IMG/VR virus record: IMGVR_UViG_3300047160_007939
Span: 55,515 to 119,514 of that record
Reading direction: 5' to 3' (one strand)
DNA length: 64,000 nt
DNA from: a virus
This document shows, one piece after another, positions 9,493-17,596 of the stretch (the stretch's first letter is position 1; each line of letters starts with the position of its first letter). A model generated the notes under the pieces. It saw only the letters and a program-made list of their open reading frames with translations, did not search any database and was not told the origin of the DNA. Both the position numbers and the translations under genes were made by a program.

Positions 9493-9862
9493 CTGCCGCG
9501 CTACCCGCCGGCTCCGGCCTACCTGCCGTCTGTCTACTCGTATCAGTGCCGTGTTCTCCTTTCAGCCGCGCCACTTCTTCCCGCAGTGCGGCAATCTCGT
9601 CCCCGATGGCTGCCACCTTCACTGCCTCTTTGTGCGACCTTCGGAGCGGTCCCAGGATACGGCGCAGCGCGCCCGTGAACTGCTCCGAAGTCCAGGGCTT
9701 GCCCGCTTTGGCGTGCCGCTCCGCCATCGTAATCATCGGCCAGAGCATCGCGTCGGTCCACTCCAGGGCTTCCTGGAGCCGCTGCCGCTCGGCTTCGCTG
9801 GCTTCCAGGCCCGCTCGAAGCCCGCTGATCGTAAGCCGCGAGGCGTCGATCACCCGCGTCAC
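9455..9862 (-). CDS. hypothetical coiled-coil protein
   Basis: GTG start overlapping the MTase stop; helical composition. Confidence 0.45.
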   Translation of the reverse strand: MTRVIDASRLTISGLRAGLEASEAERQRLQEALEWTDAMLWPMITMAERHAKAGKPWTSEQFTGALRRILGPLRRSHKEAVKVAAIGDEIAALREEVARLKGEHGTDTSRQTAGRPEPAGSAADEPAGRHHSHAG

Positions 9863-10605
9863 CGGCGCAGTTCCCCCACCACGAGGTACGAGTGGTTCTT
9901 CCTCGCCGTCTTCTGGAAGTCGTAGCGCATCGCCGGAACCGTCTCTTGCACCAGCACCAGGATGTCCACAATCCTGAAGCCGAAGAGTTCCAGGAGCTGG
10001 ATCACCTCGCAGTGGGTCAACCGCTGCCGGTTGCTCTCTATCTCGTCCTGACACTTGACCAGTACCTTTCCGCCAATCACCAGGATGCGCGCCGCCGAAA
10101 GTAACCCCGCCCCGTAGAGGCGAATGATACTTTCGTGGCTCTCGTTCTCGTTCAGGTAGCATTTATTGATCGACTGCTTGACCGTCTGCCCGCCGTGCAT
10201 ATAAGGCGGATCGAAGAGCACGGCATCGAAGTAGCGGCTCTCGCAGCAGTCCAGCCAGCGAAAATCCGCTTCTACTACATCGTAATCGTCTGCTTTAACA
10301 GGATGAAGGTCGAACTTCTCCAGCAGGTAGTCCCGCTCGTCCAGCTCCTTCCACCACACCCCGCGACCGTAGGTGATGTCCGCGACCTTCGTACCCTTTG
10401 CGACATACAGCTCGAAGGCGTCCGCAATCAGTCTCGCGTTCCCACCCACCCTCGCGGTAAGTACCGGGCCGGCCTGCCTGCCATTCCTTCCGGCTGGCAG
10501 GTCAGGCTGGACCGGCTCTGCTTCCTCTCCCCGGTTCTCTACACCCCTAACGGCTTGCTCTGCCACAGCGGTTCTCTCGTCGCCAACGGCTCGCTGCCGG
10601 CACAC
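9859..10605 (-). CDS. DNA amino-methyltransferase (DPPY motif)
   Basis: SAM-binding ADITYGRGVWW and catalytic VLFDPPY; start uncertain and possibly inside array 4. Confidence 0.75.
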   Translation of the reverse strand: MCRQRAVGDERTAVAEQAVRGVENRGEEAEPVQPDLPAGRNGRQAGPVLTARVGGNARLIADAFELYVAKGTKVADITYGRGVWWKELDERDYLLEKFDLHPVKADDYDVVEADFRWLDCCESRYFDAVLFDPPYMHGGQTVKQSINKCYLNENESHESIIRLYGAGLLSAARILVIGGKVLVKCQDEIESNRQRLTHCEVIQLLELFGFRIVDILVLVQETVPAMRYDFQKTARKNHSYLVVGELRR

Positions 10606-10667
10606 GGTTCTCTCTGATGGTTCGGCTCGCTCACGGACATCGGTTCTCTCGATCTACGCGGCTTGGT
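10513..10667 (-). repeat. TIGR-like array 4 (9 repeats), directly downstream of the Tas gene
   Basis: Repeats at 10513,10532,10551,10569,10587,10605,10623,10641,10659. Confidence 0.88.
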
Positions 10668-11820
10668 CACCCCGTCGCCGGTGCTCCCTCGCTTCCCGCA
10701 GGCCGGGGAAGAAGTGCTCGTTCGGCGGCGGGATGTAGTCGATGTGCCCCAGGATCCCGATCACGTAAGGAGCTGGCGTCGGCGTCTTGAACCTCTCCCA
10801 GAACATCACCTCATGAAGATGCGAGAGGAAGAGCTTCACCGCGTACCGGCGTGCCCGAAGATCGATCCGGCCATCCGGCAGCCGGCCCTCTTCGTAAACG
10901 CGCTTCGTCGCCGTGTCCCGGCTCCAGTCCTTCTCGGCCAGCGTGCGCTGGGCAGTCTCGGCAAAGCGGCCTGCCGCGTTCCTCTCCATCTCCAGCTCCT
11001 TCCGCTGCTCGTAGACTTTCCCGTAGAAGCAGTCGGGCCAGTTGTGGAACTTCACGAAGCAGTCGCCTGCCTTCCAGCAGAGGGTCTTGAAGCCGTCGTG
11101 GTAAGGCCGGCGGGCAAGAGCTGCCGCCACGTTCTCCCTGGAGAGCTTCCGCTGCTTCCCGTCCTTATCCGTCTCGGCAAAGCGCAGCACGGTCGCCGGG
11201 TTCAGGCCGGCGTGCGGGCACGCCCGGCGTACCACCTCTTTCCAGTAGGCATCGCCGTCTTGCCCCCGCTTCTTTCCGTGCCCCTCGCGCTCCATCTCGC
11301 CGATCACGCGCGCCAGCACCACCGCGCCGTCCTTCTTGCCCAGCCAACGCTGGGTCGGGTCCAGGCCGGCGTGCCGCCAGATGTCGCCCACCGTGCTCGC
11401 TCGCTCGATGTCGATGTAGGCCATCAGCCCCGCGCTGATCACCGGTCCCACTCCTCGTTGGCTCTTCAGCCACCGGCCCACCGGCTGCCCATCCGTCCAG
11501 ATGTCGAGCATCGTCTTCACCTGATGCTCCTGGCGCATATCCTGGCCGGCCAGCCACTTGATGAGCGTGCAGGGTTCGCCCGATGCCTCCAGCGCACGTA
11601 CCTGGTTGCAGGCTGTCGCGCGCAGGTGCTGCATCGCGTAGTAATAGTCCACGAGGTAGCGCACCTCGCGGGGCTGAAGCGCGATACCCGCTTCCTTCAG
11701 GTCCCTCTTCAGCTTGTCGAGGGGAAGCAGCATAGCCACCCACTCGGGATCGAGGCTTGCCCGCACCGCCGGGTCATCCAGATCCGGCGGCTCCTCAAAC
11801 GGTCTTCGCTCGTCACTCAC
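10654..11820 (-). CDS. TasA-like Nop-domain (IS110/Nop-related) RNA-guided protein with no evident nuclease domain
   Basis: Coiled coil (YLVDYYYAMQHLRATACNQVRAL), IS110/Nop-type core WLKSQRGVGPVISAGLMAYIDIERASTVGDIWRHAGLDP, FYGKVYEQRK and RARRYAVKLFLSHL; no RuvC or HNH motifs; flanked by dual-repeat arrays; RBS AAAGGAG. Confidence 0.8.
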   Translation of the reverse strand: MSDERRPFEEPPDLDDPAVRASLDPEWVAMLLPLDKLKRDLKEAGIALQPREVRYLVDYYYAMQHLRATACNQVRALEASGEPCTLIKWLAGQDMRQEHQVKTMLDIWTDGQPVGRWLKSQRGVGPVISAGLMAYIDIERASTVGDIWRHAGLDPTQRWLGKKDGAVVLARVIGEMEREGHGKKRGQDGDAYWKEVVRRACPHAGLNPATVLRFAETDKDGKQRKLSRENVAAALARRPYHDGFKTLCWKAGDCFVKFHNWPDCFYGKVYEQRKELEMERNAAGRFAETAQRTLAEKDWSRDTATKRVYEEGRLPDGRIDLRARRYAVKLFLSHLHEVMFWERFKTPTPAPYVIGILGHIDYIPPPNEHFFPGLREAREHRRRGDQAA

Positions 11821-11871
11821 GGTCTATTCTCCTTTCATCACAGTCCGAACAATCTCGGCGCTCCAGTCATT

Positions 11872-12044
11872 CAGTTCTCTATTACACCACGGCTCGCTAC
11901 TCGTGGACGGTTCTCTCGTCGCCTGCGGCTCGCTCGAAGGCATCGGTTCTCTCGTAATCGTCGGCTCCGCTCCGATTAAGCGGTTCTCTCCATCCGGGCG
12001 GCTCGCTCGTAGCGTCTCGGTTCACTCCACAACAACGGCTTTCG
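11872..12044 (-). repeat. TIGR-like array 5 (10 repeats), directly upstream of the Tas gene
   Basis: Repeats at 11872,11890,11908,11926,11944,11962,11981,11999,12018,12036. Confidence 0.88.
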
Positions 12045-12930
12045 CGGCTTCCAGGTAGTCTTCGACAATCTCGAAGCCCACGAAGTCCAATCCCAGGCTG
12101 ACGGCAGCAGCTCCGGCGTGCCCGATGCCGAGGAACGGGTCGAGTACGGTCTTCACCCGCTCCCTGCCGTGGAGCAGGATGCACTTCCTCGCCAGCTCGG
12201 TCGGGAAGGTGGCCGGGTGCGGACGCTGCCCGGCCCGGCTCTTGATCGTCTTGTAGGGTACGAACCAGACGTTCCCACGGCAGCGCCGGTCCACCCCACC
12301 GGGCTTTGCCCAGCGGGTCACGTTGCTCTTGTCCTGGTAGGGCACGCCCACGGCCAGCCGGTCCAGCGGCACGTCCCCCCGCTTCGTGAAGTGGAAGACG
12401 TACTCGTGGCAGTCGGAGAGGAAGCGCGGGCTGCTGATCGGCTTCAGGTGACCTATGGCTATATCACCTGTGATCCCAGGATAATCGCCCACGTCCTTCT
12501 TCTCGATGGCGATGCTCTTCACCCAATGGATGACATTCTGGAGTTCCAGGTGCTTCCCCACCACCATCGACACCAGGAACGGGACCCACGGATCGGTCGG
12601 CTTGCTTCCCAGCACCAGAAAGAGCGAACCATTCGGCGCAAGCACCTCATTCGTTGCCCTCGCCCACCGGTCCATCCACTCCAGGTACTCGCCTCGCGGC
12701 CCACGGTCATCGTAGCCGCTGTACTCCACGCCGATGTTATAGGGCGGCGAGGTCACCACCACGTCCACGCTGCCGGGGTCCAGCCGGCGGCGCATCCCTT
12801 CCACGCAATCCTCGTGGAAGAGACGCACCCACGACCGGCCTACCCGCGCTTCATACGCGGGCCGCTCTAGGGTCACGGTTCTCTGCTGTATCACGGCTAG
12901 CTCGGTTGACACGGTTCTCTCTGATAACAC
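12022..12930 (-). CDS. DNA methyltransferase, N4-C/N6-A beta class
   Basis: VVVTSPPYN catalytic motif, HPATFP, VLDPFLGIG SAM-binding motif. Confidence 0.88.
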   Translation of the reverse strand: MLSERTVSTELAVIQQRTVTLERPAYEARVGRSWVRLFHEDCVEGMRRRLDPGSVDVVVTSPPYNIGVEYSGYDDRGPRGEYLEWMDRWARATNEVLAPNGSLFLVLGSKPTDPWVPFLVSMVVGKHLELQNVIHWVKSIAIEKKDVGDYPGITGDIAIGHLKPISSPRFLSDCHEYVFHFTKRGDVPLDRLAVGVPYQDKSNVTRWAKPGGVDRRCRGNVWFVPYKTIKSRAGQRPHPATFPTELARKCILLHGRERVKTVLDPFLGIGHAGAAAVSLGLDFVGFEIVEDYLEAAKAVVVE

Positions 12931-13139
12931 GGCTCGCTTCTCTGTCTCGGTTCACTCGCTATGGCCGGCTTCGCTCGCGCGTGACGGTTCGCTTCGCTGA
13001 CGTGGCTCGCTCCCACTTAACGGTTCCCTCTGGAACAACGGCTCGCTCGTACCGAACGGTTCTCTCGTGGTTTGCGGCTCGCTCATGTACGGCGGTTCTC
13101 TATCTGATTGCGGCTCCGCTCCTACTGCACGGTTCTCTC
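12858..13139 (-). repeat. TIGR-like array 6 (16 repeats)
   Basis: Repeats at 12858,12876,12894,12912,12930,12948,12966,12985,13003,13021,13039,13057,13075,13093,13111,13130. Confidence 0.9.
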
Positions 13140-13528
13140 TCTCTCTCGCCCTCCGGCTCCGGCAAGCCCAACCTGCGCCGGATCACCTGCTTCTCAATCT
13201 CCATCCTGGCTTGGCAGGGTGGACACTGCCGGCAGTCTTCCGGTATCCACAGGTCGGGCCGCTCGATGAACTGGACCTTATGGCCGGGATTGCGACACGC
13301 CTTCGCGCTCTCCAGTGTCTCGGGAATGCCGCGCGACTTCAGGACCTCCACCGGCCCGCCGGCCAGCCCGCCGGGAAGGTTCTGCCAGCCAGCCGGCAAG
13401 CCGGCTTTCTCTGCCTCGGTCAAAGCCCTATGTAAGCAGAGGGTGATGTTCATTCGGAACAACCGCTCGCGCTCCAGGTCACCGACACCTGCGAGTGTTC
13501 GGGCCAGATGACGCTCGCCGCTCTCCAT
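13100..13528 (-). CDS. hypothetical protein with CxxCxxC motif
   Basis: GGAGG RBS; stop lies inside array 6. Confidence 0.55.
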   Translation of the reverse strand: MESGERHLARTLAGVGDLERERLFRMNITLCLHRALTEAEKAGLPAGWQNLPGGLAGGPVEVLKSRGIPETLESAKACRNPGHKVQFIERPDLWIPEDCRQCPPCQARMEIEKQVIRRRLGLPEPEGEREREPCSRSGAAIR

Positions 13529-13746
13529 TGCCTCCGGGGTCCAGTCGCCCGTGGCAATCAGCTCCCCGTTCCCGTCCCGACGTGATATGCTTGCTAACCA
13601 TACGGGGGACCCCCCGAAGGCGTCACTTCATATATTCACGCTGATGACGGTCCAGACGCCGGGGGCAACCTCCTTCGCCATCGGTCGGCACACCTCGGCG
13701 GCTCCCTCGCCCCAGATGTGCCGGTACGCATACTCCTGCTGCCCTG

Positions 13747-14079
13747 TCATCCCTCTCGCTCCTTTCTCTCCCTGGCCTTTTGGCCCAGCTCCGTCCCGAT
13801 CTTGATGCAGTCTTCGGTACTCGGGCGTCCCACCTCGGCGATGGGTCCGAAGAACGGGTGCGCGCACCGGAACAGCCGCTCCACCCGCTCCCGCGTCTCG
13901 TCGCTGTAGTATCCGGCCTGATAACCCAGGTTGTGGCGCACCACGTCTTCGGCCTTCTTCCGCGTGAAGGCCGGCTCCTCGGCCAGCACCTCGGCCACCA
14001 GCACCTCGAAGACGCGATCCGCCTCTTCTTGCGTCTCGGCGCGCATCGCCGGCCCGTAGCGGTCATCGTCGGTCATCAT
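13747..14079 (-). CDS. hypothetical phage protein
   Basis: ORF in operon; NLGYQAGYYS..RVERLF motif. Confidence 0.55.
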   Translation of the reverse strand: MMTDDDRYGPAMRAETQEEADRVFEVLVAEVLAEEPAFTRKKAEDVVRHNLGYQAGYYSDETRERVERLFRCAHPFFGPIAEVGRPSTEDCIKIGTELGQKARERKEREG

Positions 14080-14220
14080 CGCCGCGCCCCTCTTCTTCCT
14101 CGCGCTCCATCAGCTCCCGCTCGCAGTCCCTGCACATCAGGAAGCCGGTGCGCGTCCATACCTCGTCCTTCGGGTTGGGGATCGGCTGGCCGCAGCTCTC
14201 GCAGTTGTGGGGGACGGCCT

Positions 14221-14532
14221 TCACTTATGAAACCTCTCCGAGTAGGTCATCCCCGTCGCCTTCGCAATCTTGTTTGTCAGTTTGATGGCCGCTATTGCTC
14301 GCTTCGCATCCTCGGGCATCTCGGCCAGCTCCTCGGGCGTGGCCGGCCTGCGCCGCATCTCCTCGTCAAAGAAAGTCACGTCGCCACACTCGACACAAAC
14401 CGAGGCATCCCCCGGCTGGGGACCCCGCTCTCCCGTGGCGTTGCTCGCCAGATCGAAGTGGTGGCCGCAAACAACGCAGACGCCGTGCGGCACGACGTAC
14501 TCGCCCTCTTTCAACGGCCTGGGGTGGCTCAC
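14221..14532 (-). CDS. hypothetical zinc-ribbon protein
   Basis: CVVCGH..PQPGDASVCVECG. Confidence 0.55.
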   Translation of the reverse strand: MSHPRPLKEGEYVVPHGVCVVCGHHFDLASNATGERGPQPGDASVCVECGDVTFFDEEMRRRPATPEELAEMPEDAKRAIAAIKLTNKIAKATGMTYSERFHK

Positions 14533-14936
14533 AATCGCATCTCCTCACTACTCGGCTGCTCCCACTCCTCAATCATCCGGTCAATGGCAATCAAGAGGTC
14601 CGAGTTACAGGCGGCTCTCGCTCGCTGCCGACACACCTCGGGGTCGGTGTCGAAGAGCTTGAAAGTCGTCTTCCATTGAGGAGACAACCATTCCCGCCGC
14701 CGCTTCTCGGTCACGTTGCAGGCATCCAGTATCACTTTCTCGTGACCGCTTCCAAAGAGCGCCCTGACCATCACCTGGGCAACATACCAGACCATCGGCT
14801 CCGCTGGCGGATAGAACTCGCGCCCGTGAAGAGCAAGCCGGATCTGGTCGGGACAGACTACCGGACACCCCTGCTGGGATGCCCAGGTGCTTTTCCCGCT
14901 CCGAGGCAGACCGACCGTGAGCACCAGCACCTTCAC
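14529..14936 (-). CDS. P-loop kinase (polynucleotide kinase-like)
   Basis: VLTVGLPRSGKSTWA Walker A, CPDQIR, VILDACN..RR. Confidence 0.75.
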   Translation of the reverse strand: MKVLVLTVGLPRSGKSTWASQQGCPVVCPDQIRLALHGREFYPPAEPMVWYVAQVMVRALFGSGHEKVILDACNVTEKRRREWLSPQWKTTFKLFDTDPEVCRQRARAACNSDLLIAIDRMIEEWEQPSSEEMRL

Positions 14937-15163
14937 TGCTTCACCCCATCGGCCACCCGAACGGCCACGATCTGCCCGTTGCAGGTCCCGCAGAGGATCC
15001 GCAGGACGCCGTTCTGGTAGGTAGCCACCACCTGACTGCTCATGTGGCAGCGCCCGTGAAGATACATCGGCCCGTCGTGGCCGGTGTGGTCGCAGCCGGG
15101 AATGGCGCATCCGGCAGCGAGCGCCGCGTCCAGCTCCTGGCGCGTGCTGATCTTACTCACCAT
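14933..15163 (-). CDS. hypothetical Cys/His-rich protein
   Basis: Coupled ORF; YLHGRCH and CGTC. Confidence 0.5.
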   Translation of the reverse strand: MVSKISTRQELDAALAAGCAIPGCDHTGHDGPMYLHGRCHMSSQVVATYQNGVLRILCGTCNGQIVAVRVADGVKQ

Positions 15164-15584
15164 CCGGCCCGCTTTCTTGCTTCTCGAACGTAGCCGGCTG
15201 TGTGCCGAGAGCCAGCGTCTTCTGGGCTGCTTTCAAAGCCCCAAGCGCATCCGCAGGGCAGCCGTGCGAGAGCACTGCAATCAGGTCCGAAAGCGCGCCC
15301 TCGGCACGCATCATCCGCTCACGCACCCTCGCCAGCATCGTGAAGGTGTCGCCCGTGACGGCTCCGCCGCGCGCTCGAACAGCCTGCGCCCTGATGTTGT
15401 CGGAGAGCGCATCCGCCTGATCGGGATCCATCGCAAGCCACGCCACCGGATGCCCGAAGTCAATGATCACCTTCTTGCACGCCAGGCCAGCTCCCACCGC
15501 GAGGCGTATCTCACCCTCGTCATCCTTCGTGTACTGCCCCTGCGGAAACTGCCCTGTCTCCCCCAGGTTTCGCTCATCACTCAC
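15153..15584 (-). CDS. hypothetical protein
   Basis: RBS AAAGGAGAAC and GTG start; GQFPQG..DEGEIRLAV motif. Confidence 0.55.
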   Translation of the reverse strand: MSDERNLGETGQFPQGQYTKDDEGEIRLAVGAGLACKKVIIDFGHPVAWLAMDPDQADALSDNIRAQAVRARGGAVTGDTFTMLARVRERMMRAEGALSDLIAVLSHGCPADALGALKAAQKTLALGTQPATFEKQESGPDGE

Positions 15585-16117
15585 GGTCTGTTCTCCTTTC
15601 TGCCTGCCTTCACAGGCCGGTAACCCACCATTGATCGTAGTAAACCTCGGCTCTCCGCCGTACTGCCTCTTCACTCTCCCACCGGTCGGCGTAGACAAAG
15701 CCGCGCACCGGCTCCGACTTCCTCGCCTTACCGTTCGAGCGCACCCGTCCTTCGCTAAAGCGCGGCCAGTGCTCGAACGGCTGGTCGAACTCCGGGTCGT
15801 CAGGATGCTCGGCCTGCGCCGCGCTCCCGCTCACGGCCTGCGCGGTAGCCGAAACCCCGCTGCCCTCGTAGTCCCACTGCTCGACTTCCCGCAGCTCACA
15901 GTCAGAGCAGTGGTCCGCGTACCGGCTCACCACCGCGCCGCACGAGAGGCAGCCCCGCTCTCCCGTCCCCACGCTCCGCAGCTTCTCGAACCGAACCCGG
16001 TGGCCGTTCTCGTTCCGAAGCGATTGTCGGTGCTCCGCCTCAATCTCCAGCAAGTCAATATTCTGGCTTGCCGAAGGTGCGATCACCGTGATCGAGCCTG
16101 CCGGCCAGCGGCCCATC

Positions 16118-16306
16118 TCACTCTTTCCCGAACTCCAGGGCATCCATATTGACCCTTACCCGCTGGATCGCGTCCGCAAAGGCCACACCATCATCGTAGA
16201 AGCCCTGGAAGAGCGCGATCACCCGCCGCATCGCTTTGAGCTGCCGCGCCTTATCCTCGGCTTTGAGCAGCTCTTCAATGTCTTTCGGATCCAGACGCAC
16301 CGTCAC
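16118..16306 (-). CDS. hypothetical protein
   Basis: Short ORF with GAGGAG RBS. Confidence 0.4.
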   Translation of the reverse strand: MTVRLDPKDIEELLKAEDKARQLKAMRRVIALFQGFYDDGVAFADAIQRVRVNMDALEFGKE

Positions 16307-16448
16307 CCACTTTCTCCTCTCTGCCTCAATCGCGTTGCGCTACCGCCAGTAGTGATACTCGGTTCGGCAGCCGTCCGAGCAATAGACCTGCCGCTTCCCG
16401 CCTATCCTGGGAATGAATGGCCCACCGCAATAGCGACACGCCCGCGTT

Positions 16449-16781
16449 TCACTCACTCCGGTTGATGCTCCGCTCGCTCTCAAAGCCCTGCGGGTAACGC
16501 TTTGCCAGCTTGCCGGAGTTCGCCTGGGCCACTTCTTCCAGGGTGAAGGCCAGCTTATGGGCCAGCCACGCCGTATAGAAGAGCAGGTCGCCCAGCTCCA
16601 GCTTCAGCTCCTGGCGCTTCTCCTCGGTCAGCTCGTGGTCGTGGAAGATCCAGTGCTTCAGCGGCTCGGCAATCTCTCCGACCTCACTTGCCAGCCCGAA
16701 GACGCAGTTACTCACCTCGGTCTTCAGGTCGGACATTCGCGCCGTCTTCAGCACCCCATTCTGGAACTCATCGAACGTCAC
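16449..16781 (-). CDS. MazG-like nucleotide pyrophosphohydrolase
   Basis: GLASEVGEIAE..ELGDLLFY..N..KLAKRYP signature. Confidence 0.85.
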   Translation of the reverse strand: MTFDEFQNGVLKTARMSDLKTEVSNCVFGLASEVGEIAEPLKHWIFHDHELTEEKRQELKLELGDLLFYTAWLAHKLAFTLEEVAQANSGKLAKRYPQGFESERSINRSE

Positions 16782-17161
16782 TGCCTAATCTCCTTTCTGA
16801 CTGCCGGCTGGCCGGCTATCTTCGTCCACTCGGCCATCCGCTCCGCGCACTGCCGCGCATCGTCATCCTCGATGGCCGTGTAGAACGCCTTCGCCCGGTC
16901 ACCCCACTCGACACCCCAGCCGAGGGTCACCACGGCTGGCACGTCGGAGCAGCAAGAGAAGATGTTCGCCGCTTCGATCACCGCTTCGGCCTTCACCTGC
17001 CCACGCTCCAGCATCCCGCCCAGAAAGATGCCCACGGAGAGCAGGTACGGGGCCAGCGGGGGGATGTCGTTCCAGGGCGGCGGCGGGCCGTTCGCCCGCA
17101 GCCTGTCGAACAGCTCATCCGCCGTTTGTGCCGGAACGCGCCTCTTCGTCAACACCGTCAT
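16778..17161 (-). CDS. hypothetical protein
   Basis: RBS AAGGAGAAC. Confidence 0.5.
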   Translation of the reverse strand: MTVLTKRRVPAQTADELFDRLRANGPPPPWNDIPPLAPYLLSVGIFLGGMLERGQVKAEAVIEAANIFSCCSDVPAVVTLGWGVEWGDRAKAFYTAIEDDDARQCAERMAEWTKIAGQPAVRKEIRQ

Positions 17162-17414
17162 CGTTCTCCTTTCGTGTCTCAATCGTGTGGTTCACGGTCG
17201 CCGTGTCACCCTCTTTCAACGACCGCTCTTCGCCCTGGAACATCAGGTGGATGGGAAAGCAAGGGATCAGGCAGATCCAGAGGTCCAGCTCGCGGTGACC
17301 CACCATCCGCTGGTCCATCGCATCTTCGTAATTCAGCCGAACGATGTCGCGCCAGTAGACGCCCATCCAGGCGTCGTGCGGCTCGAACTCCACCTGACAA
17401 AGAGCCAGTTTCAT
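17115..17414 (-). CDS. hypothetical protein
   Basis: FEPHDAWMGVYW..WICLIPCFPI motif; coupled start. Confidence 0.5.
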   Translation of the reverse strand: MKLALCQVEFEPHDAWMGVYWRDIVRLNYEDAMDQRMVGHRELDLWICLIPCFPIHLMFQGEERSLKEGDTATVNHTIETRKENDDGVDEEARSGTNGG

Positions 17415-17596
17415 AGTCGCTCCATCTTGAAGCCGGCCTGCCGGCGCATCCAGACAATGAGCGCCGAAAAGGGCTTGCCCACGAAGCAGCGGACGATGGG
17501 TGCGGCTTCGATCACCATTCCGGCTCTCACCTTTACCCTCACCGTCATCTTCTCCGTGGACATCCACCACTCTGTTTCATCAGGCTGGGGCGTCAC
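17411..17596 (-). CDS. hypothetical protein
   Basis: Short coupled ORF (AAPIVRCFVGKP). Confidence 0.45.
   Translation of the reverse strand: MTPQPDETEWWMSTEKMTVRVKVRAGMVIEAAPIVRCFVGKPFSALIVWMRRQAGFKMERL

Noticed and set aside
10654-11820. IS110 transposase / insertion sequence
   Set aside because: No N-terminal DEDD RuvC domain is evident and no IS ends were seen; the flanking dual-repeat arrays fit a Tas protein better.
12522-12530. Match of spacer CCCAATGGA inside the MTase gene as a self-target
   Set aside because: Only a single 9-mer matches and the adjacent bases do not match the partner spacer; this is expected by chance.
1435-13139. CRISPR array interpretation of the repeats
   Set aside because: Repeats and spacers are only about 9 nt, two repeat types alternate, and no cas genes are present.
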